A stretch of 64,000 nt of DNA, taken from the NCBI GenBank assembly GCA_964016885.1, contig OZ024740.1, forward strand, positions 345,960,001-346,024,000. The letters are read 5' to 3'. The DNA comes from Eledone cirrhosa. Lineage: Eukaryota. The notes beneath the pieces were generated by a model. The model saw only the letters and a list, made by a program, of their open reading frames with translations, was not told where the DNA came from and made no database searches. Numbering within the stretch: position 1 is the first letter of the stretch; each line of letters begins with the position of its first letter. Positions 27,690 through 42,599 of this stretch are shown in pieces. Made by a program: the position numbers and the translations under genes.

Positions 27690-30680
27690 TTGAAGACGAT
27701 TTGGAAGCTATTTCTAGCATGTTTAACCTCAATGTAGGAAATAGTTTTCGTTGGTATATAAATAGATAATACAGCACCATGTTTTGAGTGGGGAATTGGT
27801 TGCTATTTCTGACAGATCTAGCTACTATGTAGAGGAGGATTTACCACATTGAGTTATACACATATAAAAATAGCTCCCGAACAAAGCACCTGTATTTATT
27901 TTGAGGGAGATTTGGCTGTTGCTTTTAACATGTGTAGTAACCATTAGCTTACACAAACATGACTGTAGGGTGTGATTTGTTGGAGAATTAGCTGCTATGT
28001 CTACTATGTCCAACTCTCGTGTAGTGGCCCCGCTCTTTTGTCTGGTACACACAGACACACACACACACATATATATATCGTTCTTTATTTGCCACAGGGG
28101 CGTACAAAAATGGGACATTACAAGACGTGACGGCGGGGGTTTTACATAACATCTTTAACAATAATAAATAACAATAAATTATATAAAAATAAAACAATTG
28201 AAATCCCCATAGGTGTGTTAACGCTACTGCGGGGTTGTTTTACAGCCCATGGATCGAACAACCCTCAACACCAGGAACACATTTTGTAGGTGTTGCCGTT
28301 TTCCCCCTATTTATCTTCCTCAATCTACATGTTTATATACAGAGAAGGCGCATTCACCCGGGCAATTTTCGCCACATTCATCCACCGTTCAGCGAATTCC
28401 TTCTGAAGTGGTACTTAAAGAAAGGGATGATTTGTCCGGAGAGAAAGGTGCTTGCCCTCAGTCCTTTTAACCTCGTCCACCATAATACCTCTTTCGCCAT
28501 AGCCACCAGACAGAGGAAGAACGCCTCTCTTTCATTCTTAAATGAAGGCAGCTGGATGATCCTCACGATGGACTAGGCTGACAACTAGATGCGTCCTACA
28601 CGTGACAATAGCTGTTCGACATAATTCCAACGGTCGGTCACCCCTGTGCACTGAACAATTGCGTGCAGAACGGTTTCGATGTCCTGCGCGCATCTTGGAC
28701 AGGTCCTTTTGGCAGGATTCTGCCAGGGCGTCAGTGCCAGTAGATTTTGTCTCGAACTGGTAGAGCTCCTCGGTAGCACTGCCAGGCCAGAGACCTCTGG
28801 AAGCTATCCATAGGCCCTGGACAGATAGTCCTCCCGAACAGACTGGTCAGTTCGTCTTCCTCGATGCCTAGAGTTTCCTCGAGAACGTCGTCGCACTTAT
28901 CCTCCACTAATCCCCTATAGAATGTCGAAATGGAGTCTCTGCTGATTGCCGTTTCCGCTTGGTAGAGCGGTGTGAGCGTCTGAAGACAGTCGAGGTGCCA
29001 GGTGCCCATTTTCGGTTTTCGCTTGACCCAGGACTGCAGCTCTGTTAGTGAGACGAGTTGTGGAAGAGCTCGTCTCACAAACGACAGCCACACCGGTTCG
29101 CCGGTCAGGAACACCTGTAATGGCGCAGCCTCAGCGCGTGTTTGCGCATCATCAGCCACGGCAAGCCCAGCTCTCCGTTAGAAGGGTGTTGACAGAAGAT
29201 GGATCTCCTCACCAATGGAGCCTGTTTCTTCCAGAGGAACTTGAAGAGTAGGCGTTCCATTTTGATGAGGTATTCGCGGACAAGGCAGTAGTAGATGACG
29301 GACGCTATTTAAGCGTTCGCCACCTCCGCTTGACCTTTCAAGGAGAGTTTGCACTCAGCCCACTTCTGGGTGAGTGCAAGCACCTTCGCCATGACCTCGT
29401 TCCAGTTCTTGTCCACCTGGAGGTCTGGATCAAACCAGACCTCGAACAATTTCACCGGTCCTTCCATCCAGCGTCCAACGGCAGTGTCGGAAGGTATGGG
29501 TTTGCCTCTCCATGTGCCGAGTTGCAAACCGATAGACTTGTTTGGATTTAGTCTTGCTCCTGTCAACGTTTCGTATCCCTGTAATAGGTTGCCGATTACC
29601 ATGATGTCCGAGGTTTTCGACACCACTACGGTTATGTCGTCGGCATAGGCCGACGCTACTTTCCGCGGTCCGGGTTCGATCGGGATGCCATACCACAGCT
29701 CCAACTTCCGCAGTAATGGCTCGAGAGTCAGTACATATAGATTGAAGGAGAGAAGCACCCCTGACGGATGTAACGCATGAATGGCTCCGATAGGTAGCCA
29801 TTCACCTTGACTGCTGAGAGCAGATGCTGGTGTGCATGGCAGCGATCCAGCCTCTGAAGACGGGACCGAAGCCGGCCGTCTTGAGAACCGCTTCCAAATA
29901 TTGATGGTCGACCCTATCAATTTCCTTAGACTGATCTAAATTTATCGGAGCCCCACCGAAGCCTGGTTTTCACCCTACCCTCTCTATGATGTATCGCATG
30001 AGGTGGAGGTTGTCGAGTATTTGACCTGGACGGGAGTGCACATGTTTGCGCTTCCCCTACCCCCCCTACCAGATTATCGACGACAAGCGCCAGCCTCGCT
30101 GCTAACACCTTGGCCAAAATATTTAACTCTGTGTTGAGCAGTGTTATGGGCCTGAAAATGCTTATCTCATCCCCATTGTTCTCATCATTCCTGATCAGCG
30201 TTACTGCGCCTCTGCCTACAGAACTGGGAATCCTCCCGTTCTGCTGCCAGTTGCAGTAGACCGCTTCGAGGACAAGTCTGACATGCCTGTGGAAAACTCA
30301 TAGGGTAGACCATCTATATATATATATATACATAGATAGAGAGAGAAAATTGTAGGTATGTACATGGCAGAGTATGGTGTGGCTTGGAGGAGAATGTTCA
30401 GCTATTTTTACTAGGTCTACCTACCATATGGAGTTTCGTGTATATTGGCTTATACAATATACGCAATCAAGTAATTTTTAACAAGTGCTCCTGTATGTAA
30501 GGGAGATTTGGCTACTATTTTTAGCTATCGTGTAGTGATCTGCTCTTTTGTCCGATATATATAACTATATGCATGTATATACAGAGAGATTTAGAGTGAC
30601 AAATACATAATACATATGGTATAGTTTGAGTGAGCATTGGCTGTTATTTCTACTATGTATAGCTACCATTGGACTATACA
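27690..30680. repeat. degenerate tandem array (ggagatttggctgctatttctag motif) interrupted by a LINE
   Basis: Motif copies near 27698, 27792, 27905, 27982, 30388, 30500 and 30636; another copy at about 6403. Confidence 0.6.
28078..30315 (-). mobile_element. Tx1/L1-clade LINE, 5'-truncated, frameshifted
   Basis: RPITLLNTELNILAKVLA, LYVLTLEPLL, SAYADDITV, WAECKLSLKG and C-terminal CPRC...ETVLHAIVQC; 3' aataaag adjacent to (TA)n. Confidence 0.92.
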
Positions 30681-31961
30681 ATATATGCTAGCAATTAGTT
30701 CCTAAACAGAACTCTTTAGTGCACTTGTGTATCGGTTGGCTTGATGCGAGATAACATTAGTTCCATCACGTAGGGGAAAGATTCAATTTTAAAACGTAAG
30801 AAAATACAAACTAACTATCAAAAGAAAGTTTGTATATACCTCACCTCCACTCGGCTTTGCAGCGGCGATACGGGCATATTGAATCCAAGGAAGATTATGA
30901 TATGCCTTTTTTGTGTGCCTCTAATAGGTTGGCAAATATGGTAAACTGAAAATGAAAACACTGGATTCTGCTTTAGCCGATAGGCCCACAATTTTGTGGA
31001 AAGGGAAAGTCGATCAAATCGACCCAATACATTGCTCGTTAATTATTTTATCGAAACCTGTAAATGGCCAGTGGAACTGGGTGGGTGCGTTACTCACCCC
31101 AAATACACACACCAATAATATTTTTCTCCCTGAACTACCAAAACACACATCTATTTGTATATAAGGTACAATTTATGTACATGCTATGTTTATCGAAGTT
31201 TTTATATCTTGGTTGATATTTGATAATAACAGCTAAATTAATCACTACAATTACATTGACAAAATCCCCTCCCCCCCCATTCAGAAATACCTCCGCCGCC
31301 CATGCAAATCGATGACTGTGTAGGATTACATACGTTTATGCTTTGTATGTTGCTGATGCTGTTGTTAGTGTTGTTCGTTTTAGTAGTTATCCTTTCGGAA
31401 ATTGTATTGGGGTTATCTAATGAGAGGAAAGAGTTTTGTAAGTATGGTTCACATATAAGTGAGTTCCTTAGCTTTAAGTTTCATATCAGATAACGGGCTT
31501 TGTCCAATTTCTATGTTGATTTTCCTTTCTTTCCTACCAACATTCTTACATTCATTCCTTCGTTCTTTCGCTCTTTCTCTCTTCCTTTCTTCATGGCTTG
31601 AATAGGCCGGCTTTGTTGGAGGAAACCCGAGTCGAAGAATTACTGATGTATGTTATTTGTGTTCCCAAATGCGGTTGCATTATACTTTATCTTCCTCACG
31701 ATATGAGATGATAACGCTCCGATGTTGTAACCCTTGGCCATTATCTTCACTACATTTCACCTGCACGCAGACATTCTACATACACATATACGCATGAACA
31801 CAAAGAGATCAACGAACACATCCACACATACACATATATAAAAAGCTATAATTCTTTCTCGTTGTCTCTGAATGTTCTGAATTTGCTATCTCCACCACAC
31901 GCTCAATACAATTTCTCTTTTAGATAATCGCTGTCACAAACCGTATCTCCCTGTCTGTCCT

Positions 31962-32019
<58 letters not shown>

Positions 32020-33235
32020 AGATAAATCTACCAAAATATACGGTAGTGTCCAATCCGTATGAAGATTTCAATGTAATCCAAATATCATGAAAAGAGAAGA
32101 TGCATTCAAAAATTGTCGATGAAAATCATAGGAAAAAGAGTCAAGATAAATTAATAAAAACAATGAAATAAAAACAAAGAACAAGTTCCTTATATTAAAT
32201 ATTCATCATTTTACGATCGTTTCTAAGATGTATACGTGTGTTGGTATGTATATCATATAGATCTACGTAAAAATATTACAAATTATCAGAGGAAATATTC
32301 ATAACTTCACATATACATGCTGTCTTCAGAAATGATGAGATTTGTTTATTGAAAAAAATCAACAAAGATTTAATATAAAAGGTCTGTTTGGGAACAGATT
32401 TTGAATTGACCAATAGAAAAGTAGTTAGAGGTCAAGTTGATTGAATAGTGGTAGTAGAAATTTAATTTTGGTGTAGAGGAGTGCAGACTTATGTTTTGAA
32501 TGAAAATAATACTTTGAATTAAAAGACTACTTTGGGGATGAAAAGAGGTCAAGCCAGTGAAGGGTACACGAAAATATGATGTTATTAAAGAATAATGTTA
32601 AAAACCAAGGAAAATACAATTTTAGGGTAGGGGTATTAGTGAGAAATACCAATCTTATTTAAACCACAAGGTATCTAGATCTATAACAAGAAATTAAATT
32701 AATTGATAGGCATACTTATAGGGATACATTTATATTAATTCATATGAATGTGATAAAGAAGAATTAGATGTTATTAAGGAGTGTTGTTATAAACGAAGGA
32801 AAGTAACATTTTGGGATAAGGGTAGTAGTGAGAAATACCAATCTTATATAAACGTGATTCATAACAGGAAATTAAATTAATTTATAGGTATACTTTTAGG
32901 TATTCATTTTAGGAAAAGAGAGTTGTAAGCGGAAAATAAAATTATGGAGTTCTCTGTAGTAAAGTACTAATTATAGGTTATCTAAATTAAAAAACTAATT
33001 ATAGTAATATGAAAAATATAAGTCTAAGGTGTATATTAATTTGGTTTATAATATTTGAAGGTTCTTCTAATTTTTAAAACTATGTTTGTGGGTATTAAAT
33101 ATTACTTTAAATTTGGGTAGACGTAGCTCCTATATAAGAATAAGTGGAATCCTTAGTGCTAATTTTACATTCATAGACTATGTTATTAATAAGACAAATT
33201 CCCTTTAATGGGCTATTGTGTGTATGTATTAGAAG
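32020..33235 (-). mobile_element. Nematis-type PLE 3' fragment (GIY-YIG remnant plus pLTR)
   Basis: PLKGICLINNIVYECKI..SYIGATST; internal duplication of about 190 bp (32580/32768); terminus homologous to 45745-45975. Confidence 0.8.
32203..32338 (-). ncRNA. type I minimal hammerhead ribozyme with long stem II insert
   Basis: tcatcattt-CTGAAGA-(about 100 nt)-GAAA-cgatcg-TA-aaatgatga: 9-bp stem I, palindromic stem III, GUA site. Stem II pairing is not obvious. Confidence 0.75.
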
Positions 33236-33276
<41 letters not shown>

Positions 33277-33333
33277 TCACTCACACACACACACACAGAT
33301 ATATATATATATATATGTAAATATATATATATA

Positions 33334-33367
<34 letters not shown>

Positions 33368-35667
33368 CTTCGAATTTCTGAATTTTCTCCCATCTCTTCT
33401 CGTTCAATTTTAGTTTAATCTACCGTGTATTTATAACAGAAACATACTCATATTTAATATACGATAACACTAGTCATATATTTAAAATATTTAGAAAATA
33501 CACACATACGCAAATACACACTAGCACATAGAGATAGAAACAACAACAGAATTATTATAATTCTTTGTAAACAATTAACGTGTATATATTTTCATTCCTT
33601 GTCGATGTTATACCTTCATCGTAGCCAGTGGTTTCCCTTTACTCACATGATATATGTGAATTGATATATAAAAAATTGACAAAAATAACATTCTACAGAG
33701 ATTGAAATACAAGTCATTCCTTTCCCGTGCCGTCAAATATAGAGTACCCAGAATTTTGCATCTTCAGAGAGTTCTATTGTAGCCTGTGGTGCTTAAAAAC
33801 CCTGACCAAATCGAGACACCATAAGAATGTTTTATAATTATTATGGAATACTTTTCTTTGCTCTCTACGTTTATATATCCTGGTAAATTATTCCCCGCAC
33901 TCCTCTGTGGTTTGCAGATATCTTATCTGCTATCCTTACTACGAACCTTCTCAGACAAGTCGATTACACATATCTAAAAGCTTGACTCGCTTCTTTTAGT
34001 TCTTTGTCTGGCAGTTGAAAACACTGTATGAAGTCCGTTGCATTAGACATTTCTTTTCCTACATCAAAGAGTATGTTAAGCAGAAGAGTTCTTCGGTTTT
34101 GTTTTAAATATCTTAGTTTGTGTAAACAATAAAAGGAACAAACGTATTGCGTGGTGAGTCAATTATGTCCATTCGTTGAAATGTGAATTAAACTTACATC
34201 ATAATACTGAATTTGTGTGAGTTTCCAACCAGTCAACTTAGCCTCGACATTTTAAACTTAATTTTCATTACCTAAACGATTAAACACTAGCATTTAGCTT
34301 TTAGATGATTGTAGCGGTGTATTGTCTGTTGCAAGTATTCGGATCAGGCGTTCGATTTTAACTTAATTTCATCTTCTCCTCTCACTTATCGTGATATAAT
34401 TGCCAAATTTAATCATCACATCCTTTCTTCCGTTAGATTCACCTAACAGTTATTTAAGTATACATGTGATTAAGGAGTATTTAGTTACTTACACATTATT
34501 TAACAACCAAGGAATTCAATTGATTGAGCACCTGAATGCTTTTCAACGAAACTGACGGAGGATCCATTAATTCATTTAAAGAAAGCAATTATTTAGCATG
34601 ATATATCCTATGGAAAAGCATGAACATCGCTAAATCACATTCCTCCATATTCTGATGTAAAACAGATGCCTTGTAATCATGCCAGAAACCAATAGAGAAT
34701 AATGTAAGCTTAGATATCACCGTCGTTCGTTATTCTTTGGAAACATCATTGCTTTCTATAATTGATTACTTCCGAACTTGCATAGCGAAAACATTTTCTC
34801 TTGAAACTTAAATGAGAATCTGTTGGCAATAAATCCGTTATATTTGACATCACCAGTCCTCAGCAACCCCACAAACTCTATAACAACGCTACCAACTCCA
34901 AAATCATCAATATTATCATCAAAACCAACCAACAAATCTAGCAAATACAACAACACTAAACACCAATAACATCTGCATGACCACCACCAACAACGCGACC
35001 AACAACAACAACAACAACAGGTCCAATTACTACACCTGACGTGTAACAACGCTAGCTAACAAATTGGATAGTATTCTCCTGTTTCACACGAGATGTTTGG
35101 ACTTGGCAGCATACTTGGCTCAATTTTATAGCAACACCTACTCTTCTCGCCACATTTCTACTTTCCTCATTCACTCATTTGCTGTCTTTCATTTTCTCTC
35201 TCTCTCTCTCATTCTCCCTCCCCTATCTCTCTACCTCTCTTTCTCTCCCTCTACTCCCGTCTTCCTCTCCCTCTACTTCTCTCTCTCTACCATTCATTCT
35301 CCTTCCCTTTCACTCTGACACACACTCATTCACAATCACGTAATAGTTATAGTTAACTCTTTCCGATTATTTTTCCTTTGTTACTATTTTTCATCCACTT
35401 TTACTAACTGTCATTATGCCTCATGAACGTAACGTATTCACTTCTATATCTTCACCAATCATTTTCACATACACTCCATTTCTCATTCCGTACAGGCTTT
35501 CTGTACATTAGTTGGTTTTCGTCTATATTGTTTATGTATACAAATATGTGAAAATCTATATGTGATTGAGTATGATATCGGAAGAAACGTATGTGTGTAT
35601 GTATGGAACATGCATGTATGTATGCATGTATAAATGTGTGACAGTATAAAAATAAACCGATTGTACA

Positions 35668-35714
<47 letters not shown>

Positions 35715-35717
<3 letters not shown>

Positions 35718-35984
35718 ACGAAAGAAATGTGGTAAGGAACCAGGTAGACCATAACGCACCAAAGTACTCAATACTTAGGGTAGTAGAGTGGGTAATAGGA
35801 ACGAATTAGCCGTCAAAACGGCTTGAGCTCAGCCGTCGGGGTTTTACTCGTTCCTATATATATGCATACGCACACACACACACGCACACACATATACATA
35901 CACATATATATATATATACAAACATATATATACACACACGCACACACACACATACACACTTACACTTACACACACACACCCACA

Positions 35985-36026
<42 letters not shown>

Positions 36027-38018
36027 GGTGTGTGTAAATTAAATTCTACGACCTAAGTCTCTAGCTGTTGTTAGGCTAGAATAAATAATTAAATAAAGAA
36101 AGAAAGAAGTAAAGAAAGAAATAAAGAAATAACGAAATAAGTAAAAGAACTAGGTGGGACGAATTAGGCAAGGACCCTTTTAAGAGGTATAAGTACGTAA
36201 ATGATACGGTGACGGGTCAACAAAAGGGGCCAAAATACTAAAGAGACTACCACGAAATAAACAATAAAGGTTTCCATCCCGGGCACAATGCCAGCAACCA
36301 CCCAGTGCAGCAAAGTGAACTAGTACGAGATAATAATTCTGAGTCCCGAGAAAAATATAAACTAATGCTAACTCTAAAAGATCTAAAACAAGCTACATGA
36401 AAGTTCGTACGAAGTAAAGGTAGAATACGGAAAAATAAATTCAGAATCCACTCCGCCCAAAAGAAAAGCGAAGAAAGAAATACTGAAACGAAAAAAAAGG
36501 CATAAGTGCCACTAAGAAATATAGAGGGCACAGAGAATAGTGGGAGCGGTCGGAAAAAGGGGACAAGTATCCGGGGTCTAAACCAACTGCTATAAAGGGC
36601 GGAGTCCGCCAAATCTATCATAGACTAGGGGAGGGGGTGGGGGTACTAAGGCTACAAGGGGCCAAAGGGCAGCCTCGGGTGGGCGAGAAAAGACACCGAC
36701 AAAGGAGAAGAGCTGGGGTAGAAGGGCTAAGGAGAGAGGGGGGAAGGAAATAAAGGAAGCGATAAAAGAATACAAAGAAGATCTTACGTCTCCCTTGGCA
36801 GCAGGGGTTACCCATTGCAAAATCGGCAAGTGGGGTGTTATAGCCCTAGTCTACCCCCCCGGGTCATTATGGGGTTTGAGGGCGAGGTAAGTCCTACGCA
36901 ATCTATGTTTACATGCAGTAACCAGTTCATCTTTCTTGTTTAGGAGTTGGTCCGTCGAAAACAGCATTTGTAAAGTTTCCTCCGAGCATAAATTGCACGG
37001 ACGGCGTCCTCCCGTGTAAGAATTGGCTCTGGACAGTAATCTCCAAGTGAGATCATAGGTGATGTTGTTGTCCTTGAGGTCCCATATGTGGCCCGAAAGT
37101 GTAGTGGCGTGACGCCGGCCGGGTTTCGGAAGGTATGTCTATGTTGGTATAGCCGGGACTTGAAGTCACATGCGGTAAGTCCTATATAGGCTTTGTTGGA
37201 GGTATCCGTCCTCACGTTGCACTGGTAGATCACATTACGGTCTCTGCATCTATTGTCGAGTGGGCAAATAGATCTATCCGGGCAGTTACACCTGTGCCCG
37301 GGATGGAAACCTTTATTGTTTATTTCGTGGTAGTCTCTTTAGTATTTTGGCCCCTTTTGTTGACCCGTCACCGTATCATTTACGTACTTATACCTCTTAA
37401 AAGGGTCCTTGCCTAATCCGTCCCACCTAGTTCTTTTACTTATTTCGTTATTTCTTTATTTCTTTCTTTACTTCTTTCTTTCTTTATTTATTTATTCTAG
37501 CCTAACAATAGCTAGAGACTTAGGTCGTAGAATTTAATTTACTTTACTTTTTTCTTTACACTTATTTGCTTTTCTTCACTCTCAGTATTTTTTCTTTCCT
37601 ATATATTTCTACCCCCCATTGTTCTACCTACCGTTCCGACTTCCTCCCCATCCCCTGTATCTTCTTTGACCTCATGCCCAGCTGTAGCTGGCACAACCAA
37701 CGCTTGATTGGGTCTACTCCACCGCCTCCCCTCTTTCTCCTACTGGCAGGTTTAGCCACCATCTCCCCTACTAATTTGCAATCACAGAATTACTACTGAT
37801 TTTTGACAATCACTTTGACCATATATGGAATTACCCCTTGAGAAGATCGGCTATTTAAATACCAGGATGAATTTTCATTTAGTCCAGAATTAGCCGTCGA
37901 AACGGCTTGAGCTCAGCTGTCGGGGTCTTACTGGTTCCTATTACCCACTCTACTACCTCAAGTATTGAGTACTTTGGTGCGTTATGGTACACCTGGTTCC
38001 TTACCACATTTCCTCCGT
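35715..38018. mobile_element. Nematis-type PLE 3' end with inverted pLTR arrangement
   Basis: Minus-strand EN CNCPDRSICPLDNRC..VIYQC..YIGLT..FKSRLYQH (36940-37290). 36045-36283 is the reverse complement of 37295-37540, and terminus 37935-38018 is inverted at 35715-35802. Confidence 0.88.
37833..37926 (+). ncRNA. hammerhead ribozyme, U3-A8 core variant
   Basis: acccc-TTGAGAA-gatcggcta...tagccgtc-GAAA-cggcttgagctcagctg-TC-ggggt; all three stems pair, GUC site. Confidence 0.75.
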
Positions 38019-38342
38019 TATATATATATATATATATATATATACAGTGGCGGACTGGGTCTAAAAATAATAGCTGCCAGGGGCTGAAGGGGGCCCAGCT
38101 ATTTATAGAATGCTTTCATTCAATGTTCATAATGAATAAATAACATTTTCAAAAAATACACAAGTGGAAACAAAACAGTGCAATCAAATTTTTGCGGAAA
38201 AATATCTTACCTTCTCCAATAAAAAAACAAATTATATTTTGCGAAATCCAGAGACTTTCACTAATGACCTTTGGTCTTTCACACTCACTCTCTCTTTATA
38301 TATAATATTAATAAATGGAAACTATCTTTATAAAATCATATT

Positions 38343-38403
38343 TATTTTATTATATATATTTCAAGGGTACCAAAATGTTGGCACGCTTTCATCAGATAAA
38401 ATA
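38343..38403 (-). ncRNA. type I minimal hammerhead ribozyme
   Basis: tattttat-CTGATGA-aagcgtgccaa-catt-ttggtaccctt-GAAA-tatata-TA-ataaaata. Confidence 0.82.
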
Positions 38404-38559
38404 CAAAAGTTGTTTTACAGATAGTGACATATCCAAAAACAAGAACTTATCGTTTTAAACGATAAGTTCTTTTCTTAGTTTTCGAAAAGTAGCATATGGG
38501 CTCGCACTACCCCAAATAATTTTATTTTGGCGATTGACTCTAAATAACAAGATTTTCAA

Positions 38560-39720
38560 ATAAATTATCACATTCATTGATCTTTTCTTTTAATTCAGCG
38601 CACATGGTGTGTGTGGCAACCTAATCGGATAGAAAAAGTTGTTGCACATGTGATAGTTCAGTAAGGAATAGCAAGCTGAATTGATGCCTGTCTGTGAGAT
38701 GTTGATTGTGCTTTTGGGAAAGTTTATTTAATCTGCTTCATATTGTCTTCATCCAAACTGGGTCTCCCACTCCTGACAAGGTACTGATCCTGTTTCTTTG
38801 AATTTAACAAAGCAAACTCGTATTGTTTTGTGAGATGGGGTTTCTTCTTTGCCCTCTCAAGAAGAAGAAGAAGAAGAAGAAGAAAAAGAAGAGGAAGAAG
38901 ACATATTAAGCAGTGTAGATATTGGCCAACTCTGCTATGTCTTGATTTATACACTGCTGGTGATAAAACCTTATATCCAGAGACTAAGTGATTCACTGTG
39001 ATTCCCATTATGGCAGAATCGTCACTTTCTATCTATCCCATATCTTATCACGTTGACTTATTATCTAGCACTGCTCCATTTGCCTTAGGTATGTGCAGTG
39101 TTTATTTTAGTGTTGTGATGTGACCTGGGATTTGGTTATGTAACTCTCTGAGTGATGATTTTTTCAATGCCAAAGTATTTATTATCGTTGATCGTTTCTG
39201 TTTTCATCATCCCCACTCGGGTTACACTTATCTCCAGATTTTTTATATTTGGTTAATTTCTCCACTTCCATGATGAGTGTATTGTAGTCTGTATGGGTAT
39301 GGATACACGAATTTGAAAACAGTGTTACCTTGTGTACTTAGACTATAATATCACTGGATAGGCTTTGATCACACTAACTGTGTGGATTTGGATATTCCAG
39401 ATTATGTTTACTTTGTAATTATCCGATATTTTTCCTGTTGTATTTTTGTACCACTTTTCTTCTATTGGTATTTCGTAGTGTTAGCATAACATCCGGCGTA
39501 CGTAAATCCCAATTCTGTCATGATTGTTGGTATATTATTTTTTAGTTAAGACTGGGCAGTTAGACAATGCGAATCGCATTGTCTAACTGCCCAGTCTTAA
39601 CTCAATTGTATCTTTTCTATCACCACATATTCTGCAGTTACCTGCTGTCTTCTGCTTCATTATGCATTTGATGGTTTCTATTGAGGAAGCTGTGATCTTG
39701 TGTTACAATTAGAAATCCTT
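38560..39720 (-). mobile_element. R4/Dong-like (RLE-type) LINE remnants
   Basis: TVNHLVSGYKVLSPAVYKSRHSRVGQYLHCLIC, plus a second copy with NCPVL..NHDRIG..IIWNIQIHT..EKLTKYKNL. Confidence 0.7.
39544..39602. repeat. perfect 59-bp palindrome
   Basis: agttaagactgggcagttagacaatgcga-a-tcgcattgtctaactgcccagtcttaact. Confidence 0.95.
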
Positions 39721-40059
39721 CAGCCGCGGCTTTTAGTCTAGAGATTCATAAGAAGATTTTGGAAAATATTTGTAAATTTCTCTCACCAACATTTAAATCC
39801 AAATTAATTATTAGCGGGAAAACATATTTACTATTACACTGATACACACAAAACATATTTAAATGCATTGCACTTTCATAACTTATTGAGGTAAACGAAA
39901 ATAGATAAAGCTCTAATGATTATAGTCTTACACTATCATAAAAAACGGTGTGTATCCCCGCTACTGCAATACAAGTTACATAAAGTTGCATTAAGTTGAA
40001 AGATTCCACCAATAGACTTAACTATATACGTAAGAACAAGTTAATACTAAATCCCGAAT

Positions 40060-40170
40060 CCAACGACAGCAATGGCCGAAAAGGATATATCGAGCTATCA
40101 CAAAATATTCGTGGATAGAAATGTGAAACATTACATCAAACTCAGGGAAAGCACTCTCAAGAGTTGGCTC
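40060..40170 (+). mobile_element. old RTE fragment
   Basis: TAMAEKDISSYHKIFVDRNVKHYIKLR resembles the RTE RI.MA..AF......W..R.I...TKLR region. Confidence 0.35.
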
Positions 40171-40794
40171 ACTCGGCAGAATCATTCAGATGCACAGAAA
40201 AATAAGGCTGACCACTTCTGTCTCTCTGGATGTATATGCATTCACCCGGTTTATCTCCAGGAACCAGGTTATTAGTAGCTTAGATGATGTTGCCAGTGCT
40301 CGAAAAATGACATCAGTGTTAAGATAACTTGTTATATCAAATCTATTTTAAAAATAAAACTAAATCGTATTCTTGCATTGCACTTCGCAACCTGTCCCTC
40401 AGGACGAGCAAAAGAGAATGGGTTGTCTTTTTCCTTCCCTTAGTAAGTCATAGAAAATAAATAGCAATCTTCGTGATGTTTTTCCATCACCAAAGTGGCA
40501 GCTTTTTCTAAGTTTCTGTTCCTTACAAATAGAAATTGATTTTCTTGAAAATGAGAATATGGAGTGGTTACGTTCACGGACGTAATAACATGAATCGCGG
40601 GGTAGTACATAGCTTCCGAGTCAATCATTAGTTTCAAATAAAAGTAAAATGTCCAATACATTTATTTAGTACTGTCTGTTTCATTTGCAACACAAATCTG
40701 GACACACACACTCACACACACAAAAACTCATATATATATATAAACACACACACACACTAAAACTCATATATATATATATATACACACATACACA

Positions 40795-40855
<61 letters not shown>

Positions 40856-40901
40856 ATCCATGGTTGACTAGGATGGTGTGATACATATATATTTATATAT
40901 A

Positions 40902-41228
<327 letters not shown>

Positions 41229-41499
41229 AGAAAAAAGGCTATATCGTATGAAAAAAAATAACCGTAAACGTTGAAGCATTAAAAAAATTGAATTCAAATG
41301 AAATGCCTTACATTACCATATTTTGCTCGCAATAATTGGTGCGAAAGAGTTAAAAACGAAACATTTCCCGGGTAAAAATTAATGTCCGTGACTCTGGAGG
41401 TAGGGATTAAAAACATTCAACGAAGTAGTAATGATAATGATGTTGTTGCTGTTGTTCCTCTATCCCTTATATATCCTACTCCTCCTCCTCCCACACTCC

Positions 41500-41502
41500 C
41501 TT

Positions 41503-41575
<73 letters not shown>

Positions 41576-41711
41576 CATTATTATTAGCGTTAATAATAAT
41601 AATAACAATAATAATAATAATAATAATATTAACAACAACAACAACAATACAAATTTATATGAGAATAAATTACCAATACTAAAAATGCCACTAACACAAA
41701 TATAATAACAT

Positions 41712-41742
<31 letters not shown>

Positions 41743-41792
41743 AAGAAGAAGAAGAAGAAGAAGAAGAAGAAGAAGAAGAAGAAAAAGAAGAA
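41500..41792. repeat. (CTA)n, (AAT)n and (GAA)n trinucleotide microsatellites
   Basis: Visible. Confidence 0.95.
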
Positions 41793-42599
41793 GGCCACTA
41801 CAGCAACATCATCATTGACAAGAACATTAGTATCAATTGAAAACAATAGTAAGTCCAAGAAGGAAAAAGTTGAGAAAATGTGCATTTAAAATCCAATTAT
41901 ATCGTAAGATTGGTTTAGGCGTTCATAAGAATAGGGTATTGAGGTAAAAGTGGGCAGGGGAGATAATCAGTTTAGACCATGTTACTAATGACGAGTGTGA
42001 GTGGTTTTCTGAGCAAGTAGGCATTCCATGTTGAAGGTTAAAGTTAAGCTGCCGATTATAATGTTATCTCTAGCGGATTTGGCTCGTCATGAACTCTTCC
42101 AACTGGAAATAATTCCGAGGATAGAAAGCATGGTAGATACACGAACACGAACATACAGACACAGACTCACATAAACACACACACACACAATAAAACAGTT
42201 GACTATGCACATGTTTTCCTCTTAAAATATTTTTTACCCTGTTTTCTTTCTATTGTTACTACTTTTTCTATCTATGTTCTATTTTTCGAAGAAGGACTAA
42301 CATCAAAAACGTTTAGAAACTGTTTCTACTATATCAACCGCGAAACAGATATACATCATTGTTGTACTGTTTTCTTATCCTGTGTTACTTCCCTTGTTGG
42401 CTGTTCTCATATATTTGGCTTCATTATTCCAATTTGCATTTCAGAGGGTGTTTTTCTTGTACCATTTCTAGTTGAACATTGCATGATAGCACGTTTTATC
42501 CAGAATCAAAACAACTGAACGTTTAACGTTCCTTGGTGTTAGCCAGCATGGATTAGCATCTAAACATTTCGAGTTGCAAGCACATTAATAGGTTAACGT

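Noticed and set aside
38044-38100. cagtggcggactggg hAT-like terminus
   Set aside because: No matching second terminus or TSD found.
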